DNA of 62,868 nt, filler included, from Chiloscyllium plagiosum (taxonomy: Eukaryota), in the NCBI RefSeq assembly GCF_004010195.1. It is 6 parts of one record of this genome, joined end to end, with 100 filler letters (N's around TTAATTAATTAA, not from the genome) between each part and the next. Parts side by side here need not be neighbours in the genome. Positions count along the whole stretch, not along the records: positions 1 to 13,532 come from NC_057717.1; 5 more parts are not named here. One strand, written 5' to 3'. Positions 1 to 12,272 of this stretch are shown here, piece after piece; the first letter of the stretch is position 1, and each line of letters opens with the position of its first letter. Position numbers and translations under genes: made by a program. The notes under the pieces were generated by a model that worked only from the letters and a program-made list of their open reading frames with translations, was not told the DNA's origin and made no database searches.

Positions 1-229
1 AAAGGATCACAATACACAGGAGTTGTGAAAGCAAATAAGAAAGTACATTTACTTCTGTCGCTAGTTTGGTTTGCCCTGTTTTTACATCTTCTCATCTATA
101 TTCTCACTCTCTTTCTCTCTTTGTGTCCCGTTAATAAACACTCCAATCATTCTTCGTGTCTCCTCTTTCAGTTCTCTTTCTTTATAAACATGCATTGTTC
201 TCTTGTTAGTTAAGGTGATTGTACAAACA

Positions 230-1020
230 CAAGAAAGAGGAGCTGGCAACAGTTAATTGGAAAAAATGCGAGCAGAGAAGAGCATGGCTCAGCAATAGCA
301 GGAATTTCTGGGGATAGTTTCGAGGATAGCAGAAATTCATCTCAAATAGTCAGAAGCATAGCCATGGGAGGACAAGGGAGCCATGAGTGCTAAGATAATT
401 CAAGGAAAGCATAACATCAAAGGAAAGCATAAAATCAAACGAATAGACATTCAATATGTCGCAAATTATTGTGCATCCAGAGGATGAGGAAGCATTTAAC
501 TACCAGTGGAGGTTAACTCACCAAAGCAATAAGGTGGATAAGATGAAATAGAACGGTAAGCTTGGTAATAATGTAATGGGAGAGTGGAAGAGGCTTTTCG
601 TTATATAACAGGGAAGCAAGGGAGGGAAGAGAAAACATTGTCCTACTGGAAAATGAGCTTGGAGTAGTTGTGGAAAACAAAGAGATGGCCGAGGAATTGT
701 TAGAAACATTTGTATCAGGTTTCAAGGTGCAAGCTACAAACAGCCTGCCAGTACTTTAGGAGTTAAGTGTAGCGAACATCATGAAGGAGAAGGTGCTGAG
801 GAAGTTGAAAAGTCTGCAGATACATATGTCACCCAAGCCAGACAGACAAGACCACGTTGTTCTGAGGAGATAGCTGAAGAGTTTGTAGTGGTATTGTTGG
901 TGATATTTCAGGAATCACTGAAGTCAGAGACGGCCCCGAGAACTGGTAAATATAATCTCCCTGTTTAAGGAGAGAGGGCCGTAGAAAAGAGGAAATTACA
1001 GATCGTCTGGCAATTTGAAA
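230..1020 (+). mobile_element. Degenerate CR1 LINE ORF2 fragment
   Basis: Remnants of the CR1 pre-RT region (LLENELGVVVENKEMAEELLETF; SPLFK..GNYR-like) with stops and frameshifts. Confidence 0.65.
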
Positions 1021-1051
1021 CTGTTTCTAATAAACCTCAGTGGATCCCTGG

Positions 1052-1180
1052 GTTACTGCAGATGCTGGAGACCAGAGTTGAAAAGAGTGGTGCTGGAAAA
1101 ACACAGCAGACCAGGCAGCATCCGAGGAGCAGGAGATTCGACTTTTTGGGCGTAAGTCCTTCTTCAGGAATGAGGCTGGT
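1052..1180 (-). mobile_element. Penelope-like element terminal repeat fragment with decayed hammerhead motif
   Basis: CTGCAGATGCTGGAG...GGCAGCATCCGAGGAGCAGG...CTTCAGGAATGAGG. The same repeat occurs at ~13321, ~31802, ~40369, ~44140 and ~62500, where it follows a GIY-YIG ORF. Confidence 0.75.
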
Positions 1181-4052
1181 GAGTATAAAAGCACGGGCGT
1201 CTTAAACGATTAAAACAGAACAGATCACCCGGCACCAACCTCGGTATTAGAAAAGGGAATGGGAAACACAGTCCGACCGATCTTGCAGTGGTCTCTTTCC
1301 GAACATCTGAGAAGTTGTGACACCAGTTACAGAAGTTACCCACAGACTGCACAGAAACATTGGGAAAGGAGGAGGCCATTCAATCTGCTGAGCCTTCCCC
1401 ATTCTAGTTCATGACCAAATATCTCCATAGTACACTTCCCCACAACTTACGTATCTCTTAATGTGATTAACCATTGGGAAAATATAAAATATAAACTGCC
1501 GAATTCCCTTTCACCCTTTAATTTTGGTCCTCTATTCAATTCAAAGAAACTTATTCCATAGTGCATAATTGTTAAACATAATTTTTCTGTAAAGAGATGA
1601 GTGAGTGACGGAAATTTACATTATACGGCGAGCTCCTGCTCACTCTTACTCGAATACATTACCACCACCAGCTGATGAGCAAACCTCAGCATCAGGATCT
1701 TCTGTCTGCAAAGTGTTCAGCTAAAACAGAACTGTAATCCATTCTGCAAACCTTGAAACTGAGCCTGGATCTGGGAATTGCAGTCGACATATAGAAGGAA
1801 TTTTACTTTAACCTGGGGGAGAATTTTAGAGAGAACTGGAATTCTGTATCGCATCATGTGGTCAGTCAGCTCGCACGCTGTCTCTTGAAGAGCTTCTTGA
1901 ACGTTACGGTGCTGTGGTTAGTGACTTCAGTGTTAAAGTCTTACATTTACTGTATGAATCCATTGCAATATATGATTTAAAGATTCACTTCGACTGTGTT
2001 ATCAGTTGTATTAGGCTTGCTTCAATTTTTACCTATAGTTTTGGTGGTTTGCCACTTACATTGTGTTTCCATTGGCCCCATTATTTATATTGCACCATTT
2101 TCTATATCACTGTTTTCCGGTGGAACACAACTGTCGCGTTATCGGAGAATTACCTGTAATAATGGCTGATCCTCTAACTCCACACCAACTCCTGCTCTCT
2201 CCCTAATCATTTAGTGTCTAGAATTCCTTATTTATTTTCAGTACCTTGGATTGCACGGCCTTATGAGTCTCTGAATGCAGACATTTATTCTCATATTATT
2301 GCCGAGTGCCTTGCCTGGTCTTTATGCAATGGCCCTTGTATTGGACGTCCCAGTTGGGGTAATTATCATCCCTGCTTCCAATATGTCTTGCCCCATCAGA
2401 GTTTTATATATTTCACTAAGATTAGACAATAGAACAGTGCAGCACAGCAATAGTCATTTCGGCTGCCCTCGACTTTGCTGACCACAATGCTCTTCTCAAC
2501 TAATCGCATTTGCCTGCTCATGTGTCCGTGTAAATGCCAATCAAATAGAGCCATTGCTCGCATTTCTGCTTCTACTACCTGGTTTGGCATCTTCCATCCT
2601 CTGTGTGGAAAGAACAACACTTGCTTCTACCATCTCACTTAAACGNNNNNNNNNNNNNNNNNNNNNNNNNNNNNNNNNNNNNNNNNNNNNNNNNNNNNNN
2701 NNNNNNNNNNNNNNNNNNNNNNNNNNNNNNNNNNNNNNNNNNNNNNNNNNNNNNNNNNNNNNNNNNNNNNNNNNNNNNNNNNNNNNNNNNNNNNNNNNNN
2801 NNNNNNNNNNNNNNNNNNNNNNNNNNNNNNNNNNNNNNNNNNNNNNNNNNNNNNNNNNNNNNNNNNNNNNNNNNNNNNNNNNNNNNNNNNNNNNNNNNNN
2901 NNNNNNNNNNNNNNNNNNNNNNNNNNNNNNNNNNNNNNNNNNNNNNNNNNNNNNNNNNNNNNNNNNNNNNNNNNNNNNNNNNNNNNNNNNNNNNNNNNNN
3001 NNNNNNNNNNNNNNNNNNNNNNNNNNNNNNNNNNNNNNNNNNNNNNNNNNNNNNNNNNNNNNNNNNNNNNNNNNNNNNNNNNNNNNNNNNNNNNNNNNNN
3101 NNNNNNNNNNNNNNNNNNNNNNNNNNNNNNNNNNNNNNNNNNNNNTGGTGGGTGTATGTGCACTGATCGTATGACAATTCCGCTCCTAATATTGACTTCT
3201 GCCATCAACTGCTATGGCCGTGCATGGACGTCGGAGGCCGGCACATAAGGAAACAACAACAAAAAAAGCATAAGTCCCCTTACATATCAACATCTTTCAA
3301 ACAATCCAATTTATAACGATAGGCTGCCGTTCTTTTATTTCCAATATAGTGCACAACGTCACATCGATCCGCATTCAGTCATCTTACACGTTTTTGCCCG
3401 TTCACAACATTTGATTGAATCATCCTGAAGCTTTTTTACATCTTCCACACCAACTCACAATCCGTTAGCATCCTTAGAAATACAATATTTGGTTCCATCA
3501 ACCAACCTGTTGATGTACATTATAATTAATTGGGAGCCAACAAAAATTCTCTTGCCTTTCACTCGAGAACAAATCTGTTTCCTCCCACACATTGTCTACT
3601 GTCACCTATCTCAGACTAAAGCAATGTTCAGAAATTAGAGCCCGTTTCATGAGCTTTTGTTTTGCAGATTAGGCTTGGGGCTTTATCAAAAATCTTTCTG
3701 CAAATCAATTACATTGCATCCGTTGCTTCTCCATAATTTAATTTTCAGTCAGTTTCTCAAATATGATTCCCAATTCATAAATCTATGATGGTACTATATA
3801 CGCCAATTACGTTCAGTCCCAGTTATTTCTGTTTATTTACTAATTTCATTCTACTCCCTTTTTTCTCAGCAGAAACAGGTTTTCTCGTATTGTGGGAAAG
3901 TTTTCTTTTTATTTGTTTTGTTTCTATCATGAAGGTAGAAACGACATTGTGGTGTTATCATTTTCAACTCTCACGAATCTCCATTTTCCATTCTCTGGTT
4001 TCAGAAAGTAACGTAGGTACACTTAACCTCTGGAACTTCTTGCATTGGCATA

Positions 4053-4635
4053 TGTGGGATATAGGTAAAGCAGTGTTATTTCTGCAACTAAAATTGCTTA
4101 TGTAAGGTGAATGAACTCACCACTAACAGTGTATAATTGTTTCAGCAAAGAGCTGAATTAGCTGAAATGTGCATGCAGGAATGAAGACTACGTAAAGGGA
4201 TACATAGTTTGTTCCGAGTTAAGTAAAATCTGCATGCAAGAATGGAACGTGCCTGCAAACAATGGAAGACGTTACTGACAAACAGATAAGTTGAAAAAGA
4301 ATATCAAGATATCCCAAGCTCAACAAATTTCCCTCATGTCAGCACTCAAACGAGTCGGGGGCGGGGTAGCCTGGCTTGGAGTAGGGGGAGAACTAAAGAA
4401 GAGTGGAACGCAGCAGAACAGGGGCAGAACATAATAAGAAACATTGACAGGTTTGAAGGCCAATGAGGTAAACAGAGAAGGACTGAGAATTAAACTGTAT
4501 AAATTGTAGAGTAATTTCTGGAGCAGGGCGCCTACTTCCGAGTCACCTTTTCTTGAAAGAACGTTTCAATAAATTTTGCTGCTGCTGAATTTGACTCGAA
4601 CTGGAATTTATGATAATGTGAGCTCTGTTCTCTCA
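4053..4635 (+). repeat. ERV-A 5' LTR
   Basis: Starts TGTGGGATATAGGTAAAGCAGTG and ends CTCTGTTCTCTCA. Contains CCAAT (4460), TATAAA (4498) and AATAAA (4568). Aligns to 12273-12864. Confidence 0.9.
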
Positions 4636-4638
4636 ATT

Positions 4639-4656
4639 TGGGCGCTCGCTCAGGAT
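4639..4656 (+). promoter_or_regulatory. Primer binding site, tRNA-Pro-like
   Basis: TGGGCGCTCGCTCAGGAT matches the MLV-type tRNA-Pro PBS TGGGGGCTCGTCCGGGAT at 14/18 positions, 3 nt after the LTR end. Confidence 0.75.
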
Positions 4657-4936
4657 GTTCATCGTCACCAGCATGGTTGGCACCGTTGACGGCTGGGAAG
4701 ATGTTCCCCGTTTCTTTTAGAACAGTCCTGTGTTCCTCAGCAATTGTTTCCCCCTTCTGGTTGACTAATCGAGATCTGTTGAGAGTCGATCTGAACCAGG
4801 CGAAAGGTTGTAGTTAGGCACAGGGAGCCAGGCACTCCATGCATGGACAATGTTAGGAAAATTGACTTTTAAGTACTGCCTTGGTGGCTGGGATTGAGTT
4901 TTATTAGTTCATAATGGACTAACGCAGGAACTCAAT

Positions 4937-5400
4937 ATGGGGTCTGCCGAGGGTAACGAAAAATCCTCCGATAATATGTAAATGGAGGCCGGGTCCCTGA
5001 AAACATTCCTACGAAATGCCGTTGTGCAGGATGTTGTGGAATTGGAAAAATAATACTTGTGCAAGGGAATTAGATAGGAAAAAATGATTAAATGTTGCTG
5101 CTTTGTATGGACTAAGGAATCTAGTCTTCGTCCCGCCATCTTCTGGCCAAAGTACGGGTCGGAAGAAGACTGTGTTTGTGAATATTTGAATTTAAATGTC
5201 AAAGGAAAACAGTCTTACATTCAGGAGGCATCAGATTATGCTTCGTCCCAGAAGGGTTAGTAGCTGAAGGGCTACTGAGGGTATACTTTGCAACTAAATC
5301 ATGGACAGACATCCAGAAAAAGATTCAAAAGATAGAGGGGAGAAGCAAGAATCCTCTAGAGTTGTTGTTGTGGGAAACTCAGAAAGTGTCTGTGAGATAC
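4937..5400 (+). pseudogene. gag: ERV-A gag: MA fused by deletion to the CA C-terminus
   Basis: ATG-GGG (MG) start, then KKMIKCCCFVWTKE..FWPKYGSEEDCVCEYLNLNV (HERV-I-type MA), then directly FATKSWTDIQKKIQKIEG..LELLLWETQKVSVR (CA end). Contains stops and frameshifts. Confidence 0.82.
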
Positions 5401-6127
5401 GGTGTGTGCGTGTGTGTGCGTGTGTGTGAGAGAGAAAAGAGCTGTACAGCTTATAGAAAGTTTAAACCTTTGTGATTCGGTTTGAATGCACATTTATTTG
5501 TTGGTGATTGAATGTTTGTGCTTTGTTCCCTGGAGTTTGAGATCCGGGACTGTTTTGAATCTGATTTCTAATATGGAAATGTAACATGATTTATTTTAAG
5601 GTTATGGATTTTACAGTGATTATGAAATAAAATGTTAACTCTTGTTCTTTTTACAGGTTATGACTGCCTTACTATCAGTTTCTAACTAATCTCTTTTATC
5701 CATATATAAAAGCGATTTATGGAGGACAGTTGAAGTTTCGATTCAACATTAGATTGTAATAAATGAAAAAAAATCCTATGGTTAATACCAGTGAGGTTGG
5801 ATCCGTCCATTATTCATGCATTAGAAGTTTTTTTTTAACTTGAATAGAGAAATCCTTTTAAGGCAGCTCCAGTTATTTCACGGCGTATAGCATTGTAATT
5901 GTGCAATGTCTGGTCAGGACTACTTAGGAAAACAAATTTGGATTTAAATCAAGGGACTAAAACCGGATAATTGTAGTGGATTTCAAAGTTGCGAACTGTA
6001 TGCATTTTATAATTTAAATGTTAAATACTGAACCCGTAAGATTCCAAAATGTACAGTTAGGAACAGGCTTTAAAGTACACAAGCAAAAATTGATATATTG
6101 TATTTGAAGTCACTGGAAGAAAGAGGC

Positions 6128-6370
6128 TCCTGGTATTTGTTGCTTGTCATTACGTGTGTGGCTACTAAGGATATCTCGTCGTGTCGTTTCGTGGCTATTT
6201 GGTGTCCATGGATGCGGATCGTTAGCTGTCTTCCTGTTTGTCCTACGTGGTGTTTTGTGCAGTCCTTGTATGGGATTTTGTATACTACATTGGTTTTGTT
6301 TATGCTGAGTATTGGGTCCTTTGTTCTGGTGAGTTGTTGTCTGAGAGTGGCTGTTGGTTTGTGTGCTGTT
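6128..6370 (-). mobile_element. Penelope-like GIY-YIG endonuclease fragment
   Basis: Minus strand reads AHKPTATLRQQLTRTKDPILSINKTNVVYKIPYKDCTKHHVGQTGRQLTIRIHGHQ; homologous to 59200-59620. Confidence 0.85.
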
Positions 6371-7292
6371 TTATGGAGGACAGTTGAAGTTNNNNNNNNN
6401 NNNNNNNNNNNNNNNNNNNNNNNNNNNNNNNNNNNNNNNNNNNNNNNNNNNNNNNNNNNNNNNNNNNNNNNNNNNNNNNNNNNNNNNNNNNNNNNNNNNN
6501 NNNNNNNNNNNNNNNNNNNNNNNNNNNNNNNNNNNNNNNNNNNNNNNNNNNNNNNNNNNNNNNNNNNNNNNNNNNNNNNNNNNNNNNNNNNNNNNNNNNN
6601 NNNNNNNNNNNNNNNNNNNNNNNNNNNNNNNNNNNNNNNNNNNNNNNNNNNNNNNNNNNNNNNNNNNNNNNNNNNNNNNNNNNNNNNNNNNNNNNNNNNN
6701 NNNNNNNNNNNNNNNNNNNNNNNNNNNNNNNNNNNNNNNNNNNNNNNNNNNNNNNNNNNNNNNNNNNNNNNNNNNNNNNNNNNNNNNNNNNNNNNNNNNN
6801 NNNNNNNNNNNNNNNNNNNNNNNNNNNNNNNNNNNNNNNNNNNNNNNNNNNNNNNNNNNNNNNNNNNNNNNNNNNNNNNNNNNNNNNNNNNNNNNNNNNN
6901 NNNNNNNNNNNNNNNNNNNNNNNNNNNNNNNNNNNNNNNNNNNNNNNNNNNNNNNNNNNNNNNNNNNNNNNNNNNNNNNNNNNNNNNNNNNNNNNNNNNN
7001 NNNNNNNNNNNNNNNNNNNNNNNNNNNNNNNNNNNNNNNNNNNNNNNNNNNNNNNNNNNNNNNNNNNNNNNNNNNNNNNNNNNNNNNNNNNNNNNNNNNN
7101 NNNNNNNNNNNNNNNNNNNNNNNNNNNNNNNNNNNNNNNNTATTTGAGGTTACAGGGAGCAAGAAATATTGCAATATTTCTTTCAAAAAATCAATGTCTA
7201 AACAAAACATTGGGTGATGAAGAATGGCCACTGGGTGGCCCTAAAGCTGGTCAATTGGTTAAATCGGCTCAAGAATTGATCTGGCAACGTAA

Positions 7293-7810
7293 CATGAGAA
7301 GCAGAAACAGAAGGCAAAAATAATGACATCCACGGTTGATGAGGTAATGAAGAAAAGGGCAAACCTAAGAGGAGAAGAAAGCCGGAATGGTGGCGAGAAG
7401 CATGTTGAAAATAAACGGAGAAGAGATCGGGGAGGTGATTTTAAAAGGGTATTGGTAGACAGGAACAAGGAACAAAATGGAAATCCCCACAGGCTGGATG
7501 ATATTACTGTGGAAAGACAGGTCACTTTAAGAGAAAGTGTACAGATCTGAAAAATGAAGCAAAGGCAGGACCGTCCCCTGAGACCCACCAGGAACCCTTG
7601 ATAAATTTAAAGGTGACATCTTACAAAGAGGACGTAGTTTTCCTCGCCGATACGGTGATAGCAAGGTCATCCTTAAATTTTAAGCCCAAGACAATGGGAA
7701 CGAAAAAGTTAATTGGATTATGGCGACAATTTTGTGATGAGAGTCACGAAGAATCAGTTTTGCGCTCATGACAAGAGACTGCCACCAAATTGGGGATTGA
7801 ATTAACTGCA
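7293..7810 (+). pseudogene. gag-pro: ERV-A gag NC and protease remnant
   Basis: EKQKQKAKIMTSTV, then a zinc knuckle *YYCGKTGHFKRKC (first Cys mutated to TGA), then HQEPLINLKV..VVFLADTVIARSSL (DTG decayed to DTV). Confidence 0.82.
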
Positions 7811-8164
7811 AGTTGTGCCATGAAATCTGTTGACGTTCTTTAAAATGAATGTGCTTTTGTGAATCAATTACAGAAACAGAATGAGAAGGCGCAAGTGACT
7901 GGTAAACAAATAGAACTGCGCGATTACTGTTTTATAATGTATTAGTCACCTGTGTTTCCACCCTGAATTACAGATAATAATTATTTTATTTATATAATAT
8001 ATAATTAATAATTAATATTTCAGATAAATCAATTGTGTTAGCCTGAATCAAAATTAATTCGCAAGATTTCTTTATATTCTCAGTGACCTGTCATATTGAT
8101 TCATGGTTAATTTAAAACATGCCTGCAATAATTCATTGTTAATTAAAGAATGGAAAGCTACATT

Positions 8165-10160
8165 ACTGGCCAGAGTGTGTGCAGGCAGTGGCAGCACCAG
8201 CCATATCGGTAGCGGACAGTTGAAAACTTACTTTTGGGGAGGCTTAACAGTCAGCACGCAATATCATGTACGGACCATGTATACTAAATAACAAAGCAGG
8301 GCGATGGCACACAGTCTCTCGGATCTTGAAATATGGGACAATTTTAAAAGAGCAGAATGGTCTTGTGCTCGTCACAGACGGTTGCTTCAATCCAACTGCA
8401 TTTCTGTTGCGGGGAGAGGGGTGGCCCTTGACAATCCAGAACACGACTGCTTTGATATTATTGACTATCAGACTAAAGTGCGGATGGACATAATGGACGT
8501 ACCGTGGCATGCAGAAGCTCAGTTGTTTATCGACGGGTCCTTCCGGGTGATTGAGGGTAAAAGACGCAATGGATATACTATAGTAGATGGGATAGAAGGA
8601 AGCGTTATCGATGATAAAAGGCTGCCTAACGGCATGCCAGCCCAAACTTCTGAACTCTATGCCCTTGGAAGAGCTCTCAGAACCTGAGAAAACAAAGAAG
8701 GAACTGTATATAGAGACTCCAAATATGCGTTTCGATTGGTACATACCTTCAGAAATTTGGCAAGAAAGAGGACTGATACGTAGTAGAGGAAAAGAACTAG
8801 CACATGGAAAATTGATAAAATAAGTGCTGGAATCTCTGTTACTACTGAGAAAAATAGCGATAGTCAAATAAACGGACAACAGAAGGGGAATGAACCGGAA
8901 GTAAGGGGAAATAGACTGGACGATGAAGTTGCGAATGAAACAGCTCTGAATCCACAGGGGGCAGTGATATACTTCCTAATACCTGCAATTCTAGATCTTC
9001 AGGGTACCCCGTTGTTTACTGCAAAGGAGGAAAAGGAACTAGAAGATTTAGGAGCTGCAAAGACAGCGGATGGGCGCTGGATGTTACCTAATGGGGGGGG
9101 GGGAAATGTTGAATAAAATGATGATGGGAAAGATTATGGCTATCTTACATCAGGGGAGTCACTGGGGAGTGAAAGCAATGTGTGATTTAGTCTTAAGAAA
9201 ATATGGATGCAAAGGGATATATACAAAAGCCAAACAGATATGTGAGGGATGCATAACATGCAAATAGTAAACAAGAAGGTGTCAAGGAAAGAAGTCCCAG
9301 GAGGGAGAGAACATGGGATAAGACCATTTCAGAGCATTCAGGTAGATTATATCGAATTTTCCCGAGTGGGAAGACTGAGGTATATGCTGGTAATGGTTGA
9401 TCACCTATCTGGATGGGTGGAGGTGCACCCTTTAGACACAGCCACCGCACATCGGGTGTCCAAGGTAATACTCGGACACATATTCCCCAGATACGGTACA
9501 GTGGAATGCATAGATTCAGATCAGAGAACTAATTTTACTTCCAGGGTACTCCAGGGAGTAATGAAGGGGTTAGGAATCTCCTGGGAGTTCCACACCCCTG
9601 GCAACCACCTTCATCAGGAATTGTTGACAGAATGAACCAGACACTCAAGAAGCAGTTATCTAAATTAGTGGTAGAAACCAGACTCCCTTGGATTAAATGT
9701 TTACCTATAGCCCTTTTGCGAGTACGAACGGCTCCATGGAAAGATATGGGGCTGTCAACTTATGAGATATTGTTTGGCCTGCCGTATCTGGGAACGAAAG
9801 GGGAACTGCCAACACTGGAGACTAAAGATCTTTTCTCAAAGAAGTATATACCGGGCTTTTCCTCCTCTTTGTCTTTCCTCAGGAAACAGATCTTGTTGGC
9901 ACCGAACCCACTCCTTGAATTTACCGTTCAACCAATCCAATTGGGTCCAAGTCAAATCGTGGACGGAAACCAAGTTGCAACCAGACCGGGAGGGGCCGTA
10001 CCAAGCAATTCTAACCACTGAAACAGCGATAAGAACAGCGGAGAAAGGCTGGACTCACTCTACTCAGATCAAAGGGCCAGTGGAATCTCCAATTGAAACA
10101 GAAGTCTGTACAACTGTATCGGCAAAAGAGCCACTTAAACTTAAGTTGAAAAGACTTTAA
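8165..10160 (+). pseudogene. pol: ERV-A pol: RT tether, RNase H and integrase (RT polymerase core absent)
   Basis: WPECVQAVAA..KLTFGG (tether), LFIDGS..AQTSELYAL (RNase H), HQGSHWG..CEGCITC, IQVDYIEF, IDSDQRTNF, MNQTLKKQL and GPYQAILTTETA (IN). Multiple frameshifts. Confidence 0.92.
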
Positions 10161-10249
10161 ATAACTAATTATACAGTAGCGGTGCGAGCGCGGAATAGTT
10201 TCTGTGGTATTGTATGCTAAGTCTCTCGGTGCTTCAATATCACTGTAGA

Positions 10250-12256
10250 ATGGGAAAACTGTTTAGGTACACTATATTCGCTTTTAAAGTCTTAGGATTC
10301 TGACAGGCCATGGTGTGCTCGTCTTACTTAATGATAACGGTTCCAGAAAGTACAAGTCCATAAGTCATAGAAACAGATGTCTACAGCCTGGTGGATTGTG
10401 GAGATGTAAGAAATCAAAGGCAATACAGTAACTCAGAGATACATCTTAGGTTCTATGAAATAGGCCCCGAAAGGCAGCGATGCAAAAGATAAGACTAACG
10501 GGACGAAAGTGTCCTGGAGAGAGAAGTGTAAGGAGTATCTTTGGGATAAAGAATGTAAAGAAGGGCGGAGACAGCAAGACCGCAGAGGTGATTGCTTGAT
10601 TAATCCACTCGTTACAGTACACCGAGGCACTTCCTGTCTTGCTCTTGACTGTCCGTATAAAAGGTGTCACCCAATATATTTAACTATAATGAAAACCTCA
10701 TGATATGAAGCAGTTTTAGGGGGAGAAACCTATCAGGTCCAATTTGACCAAATATTTAGGACAGAGATGAAAGCAGACTGGACCGATTTCCTGGGATGTT
10801 ATTTTAAAATTCAGGTGAAAGACAGAACCCGAGTAGGAGAAAAGAATAGTAGAGTCCCTTACTCTGGCCCTAAGGTGATAACAATTGTAGAGGTTAAGGA
10901 CTTAAAGCAGACCACTGGAGTGGAAACAGGATATGGGGTTACAAATGTCTGGGTTGAATGGGTAAGGTACACTGTGAAAAGTTTGAATAAAAGCAATCGT
11001 TATGCATGTGCCTCTGGGAGACCAATGGCCCAACTAGTCCCCTTTCTGCTCGGGTGGAAGCGGGACAGGAGAGGGCATCACTTGCATGATAGCCTTGTAT
11101 CAGGATGAGACTGCATGGAGTAACAAAAATTGTATGCTCCTTCTATTAAAGTTCCCTCCTTTAAAGAAGGAAGGCTGAAAGACGCCCACAACGTTTTCTG
11201 TCGAGTTCGGAAATCACACATTGTGTGTAAACAGGCGAGGAACAGATTGGTCCAGATGTTTGGGGGCGCTGAAATCATGTACCGATATTGAGTCCGTGAT
11301 GGAAAAGGGAGGGGACTACTCAGCATTAAGGATTCCCCGAGCGGATCTGTGGTGGTATTGCGGAGGGAAAATATTGAGCCCCACCCTACCTCCAGTTTGG
11401 AGGGGCATGCCTGGAATTGTACAATTGGCAATTCTGTTCACCCTGGCATTTGAAAAGAAAGAGATACCAAAGGAAGGGGTAAGAAGTAAGAGATCACTAT
11501 TGGGTCCTTCGTTTGATGATCTGGTATATCTCCACTCTATAGTAATCCCAAGATAGGTACCTGATGAGTTCAAGGCGCGTAACTTGAACAGGGCAGGCTT
11601 TGAATCAATTCTATTCTGGTGGGTAATAGTCAACAAAAATGTGAATTGGATAAATTATATTTTCTATAATCAGCAAAGGTTCATCAGTTACACGAGAGAC
11701 ACAATTAAAGATTTAGCCAAACAACATGATGCAACCAGCAGAATGGCATGGGAATAGAATGGCTCTAGCAGACAAAAAAGGAGAGAGTATGTAATGTTAG
11801 GAGGAAGCTGTTGTAACTTTGTTCCAAATAACACAGCCCCAGATGGGTCTATTAGTCGAGCCCTGCAAGGTCTAACAGCATTAGCCGTAGAACTAGCTGA
11901 AAATTCAGGGGTCAGCACATCATTCACTGGGTGGCGAGAATTGTGGTTTGGAAAGTGGAAGGGCGTGGTGGTTTCATTCCTTACCTCCTTGACCGTAGTG
12001 GTGGGAGTACTAATCGCAATAGGATGCTGCATCATATCTTGTGCACGGGGGATAATCCAAAGGTTGATTGAAACAGCTTTGGCCACACAAGTGCCTCGAA
12101 AGAACAATCGGGGGGAAAGGGCTCTACCTGTTAAACAATGAGGGAACAAGTGACCTCGAGGAGATTTCCAAAATAAATGTAATTTCGGAAAAGATGCTGG
12201 TCAATTTGGAAGTGACATATAAGAAAAAAATGCAGAAGATAACAAATGATAATTAA
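10250..12256 (+). pseudogene. env: ERV-A env, gamma-type (HERV-I/EnvP(b)-like), disrupted
   Basis: RYACASGRP (decayed CXXC), PRADLWWYCG, furin site RSKR, VPDEFKARN, WINYIFYNQQRF, CC-FVPNNTAPDGS, and a TM helix VVVSFLTSLTVVVGVLIAIGCCII. Confidence 0.9.
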
Positions 12257-12269
12257 AGAAAAAGGGGGC
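12255..12269 (+). promoter_or_regulatory. Polypurine tract of ERV-A
   Basis: AAAGAAAAAGGGGGC just before the 3' LTR; MLV-like. Confidence 0.85.
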
Positions 12270-12272
12270 AAT

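Larger units (their letters stand above)
1..2645 (+). repeat. Segmental duplication, copy A (paralogous to 30635-33450)
   Basis: Colinear near-identity: AAAGGATCACAATACACAGG at 1 and 30635, and CATCTCACTTAAACG at ~2631 and ~33436. The same spurious ORFs (MKANKKVHLL, MKPDTNVSNN, MASSFPNVSV, MVSDFSVKVL) appear in both copies. Copy A ends at an N gap. Confidence 0.95.

Noticed and set aside
25..213. Hydrophobic 62-aa ORF conserved in both duplicate copies
   Set aside because: GTG start in T/C-rich low-complexity DNA; conservation is explained by the recent duplication.
2554..3208. Long ORFs spanning N runs (also ~6098-7231, 18286-19003, 36662-37454)
   Set aside because: Open only because of assembly gaps.
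8244..8879. 211-aa minus-strand ORF
   Set aside because: Antisense shadow of ERV-A RNase H with no recognisable domain; the same applies to ORFs antisense to CR1 and env.
10250..12256. Domesticated (syncytin-like) env
   Set aside because: Multiple stops and frameshifts, a mutated CXXC and a deletion in the immunosuppressive domain.
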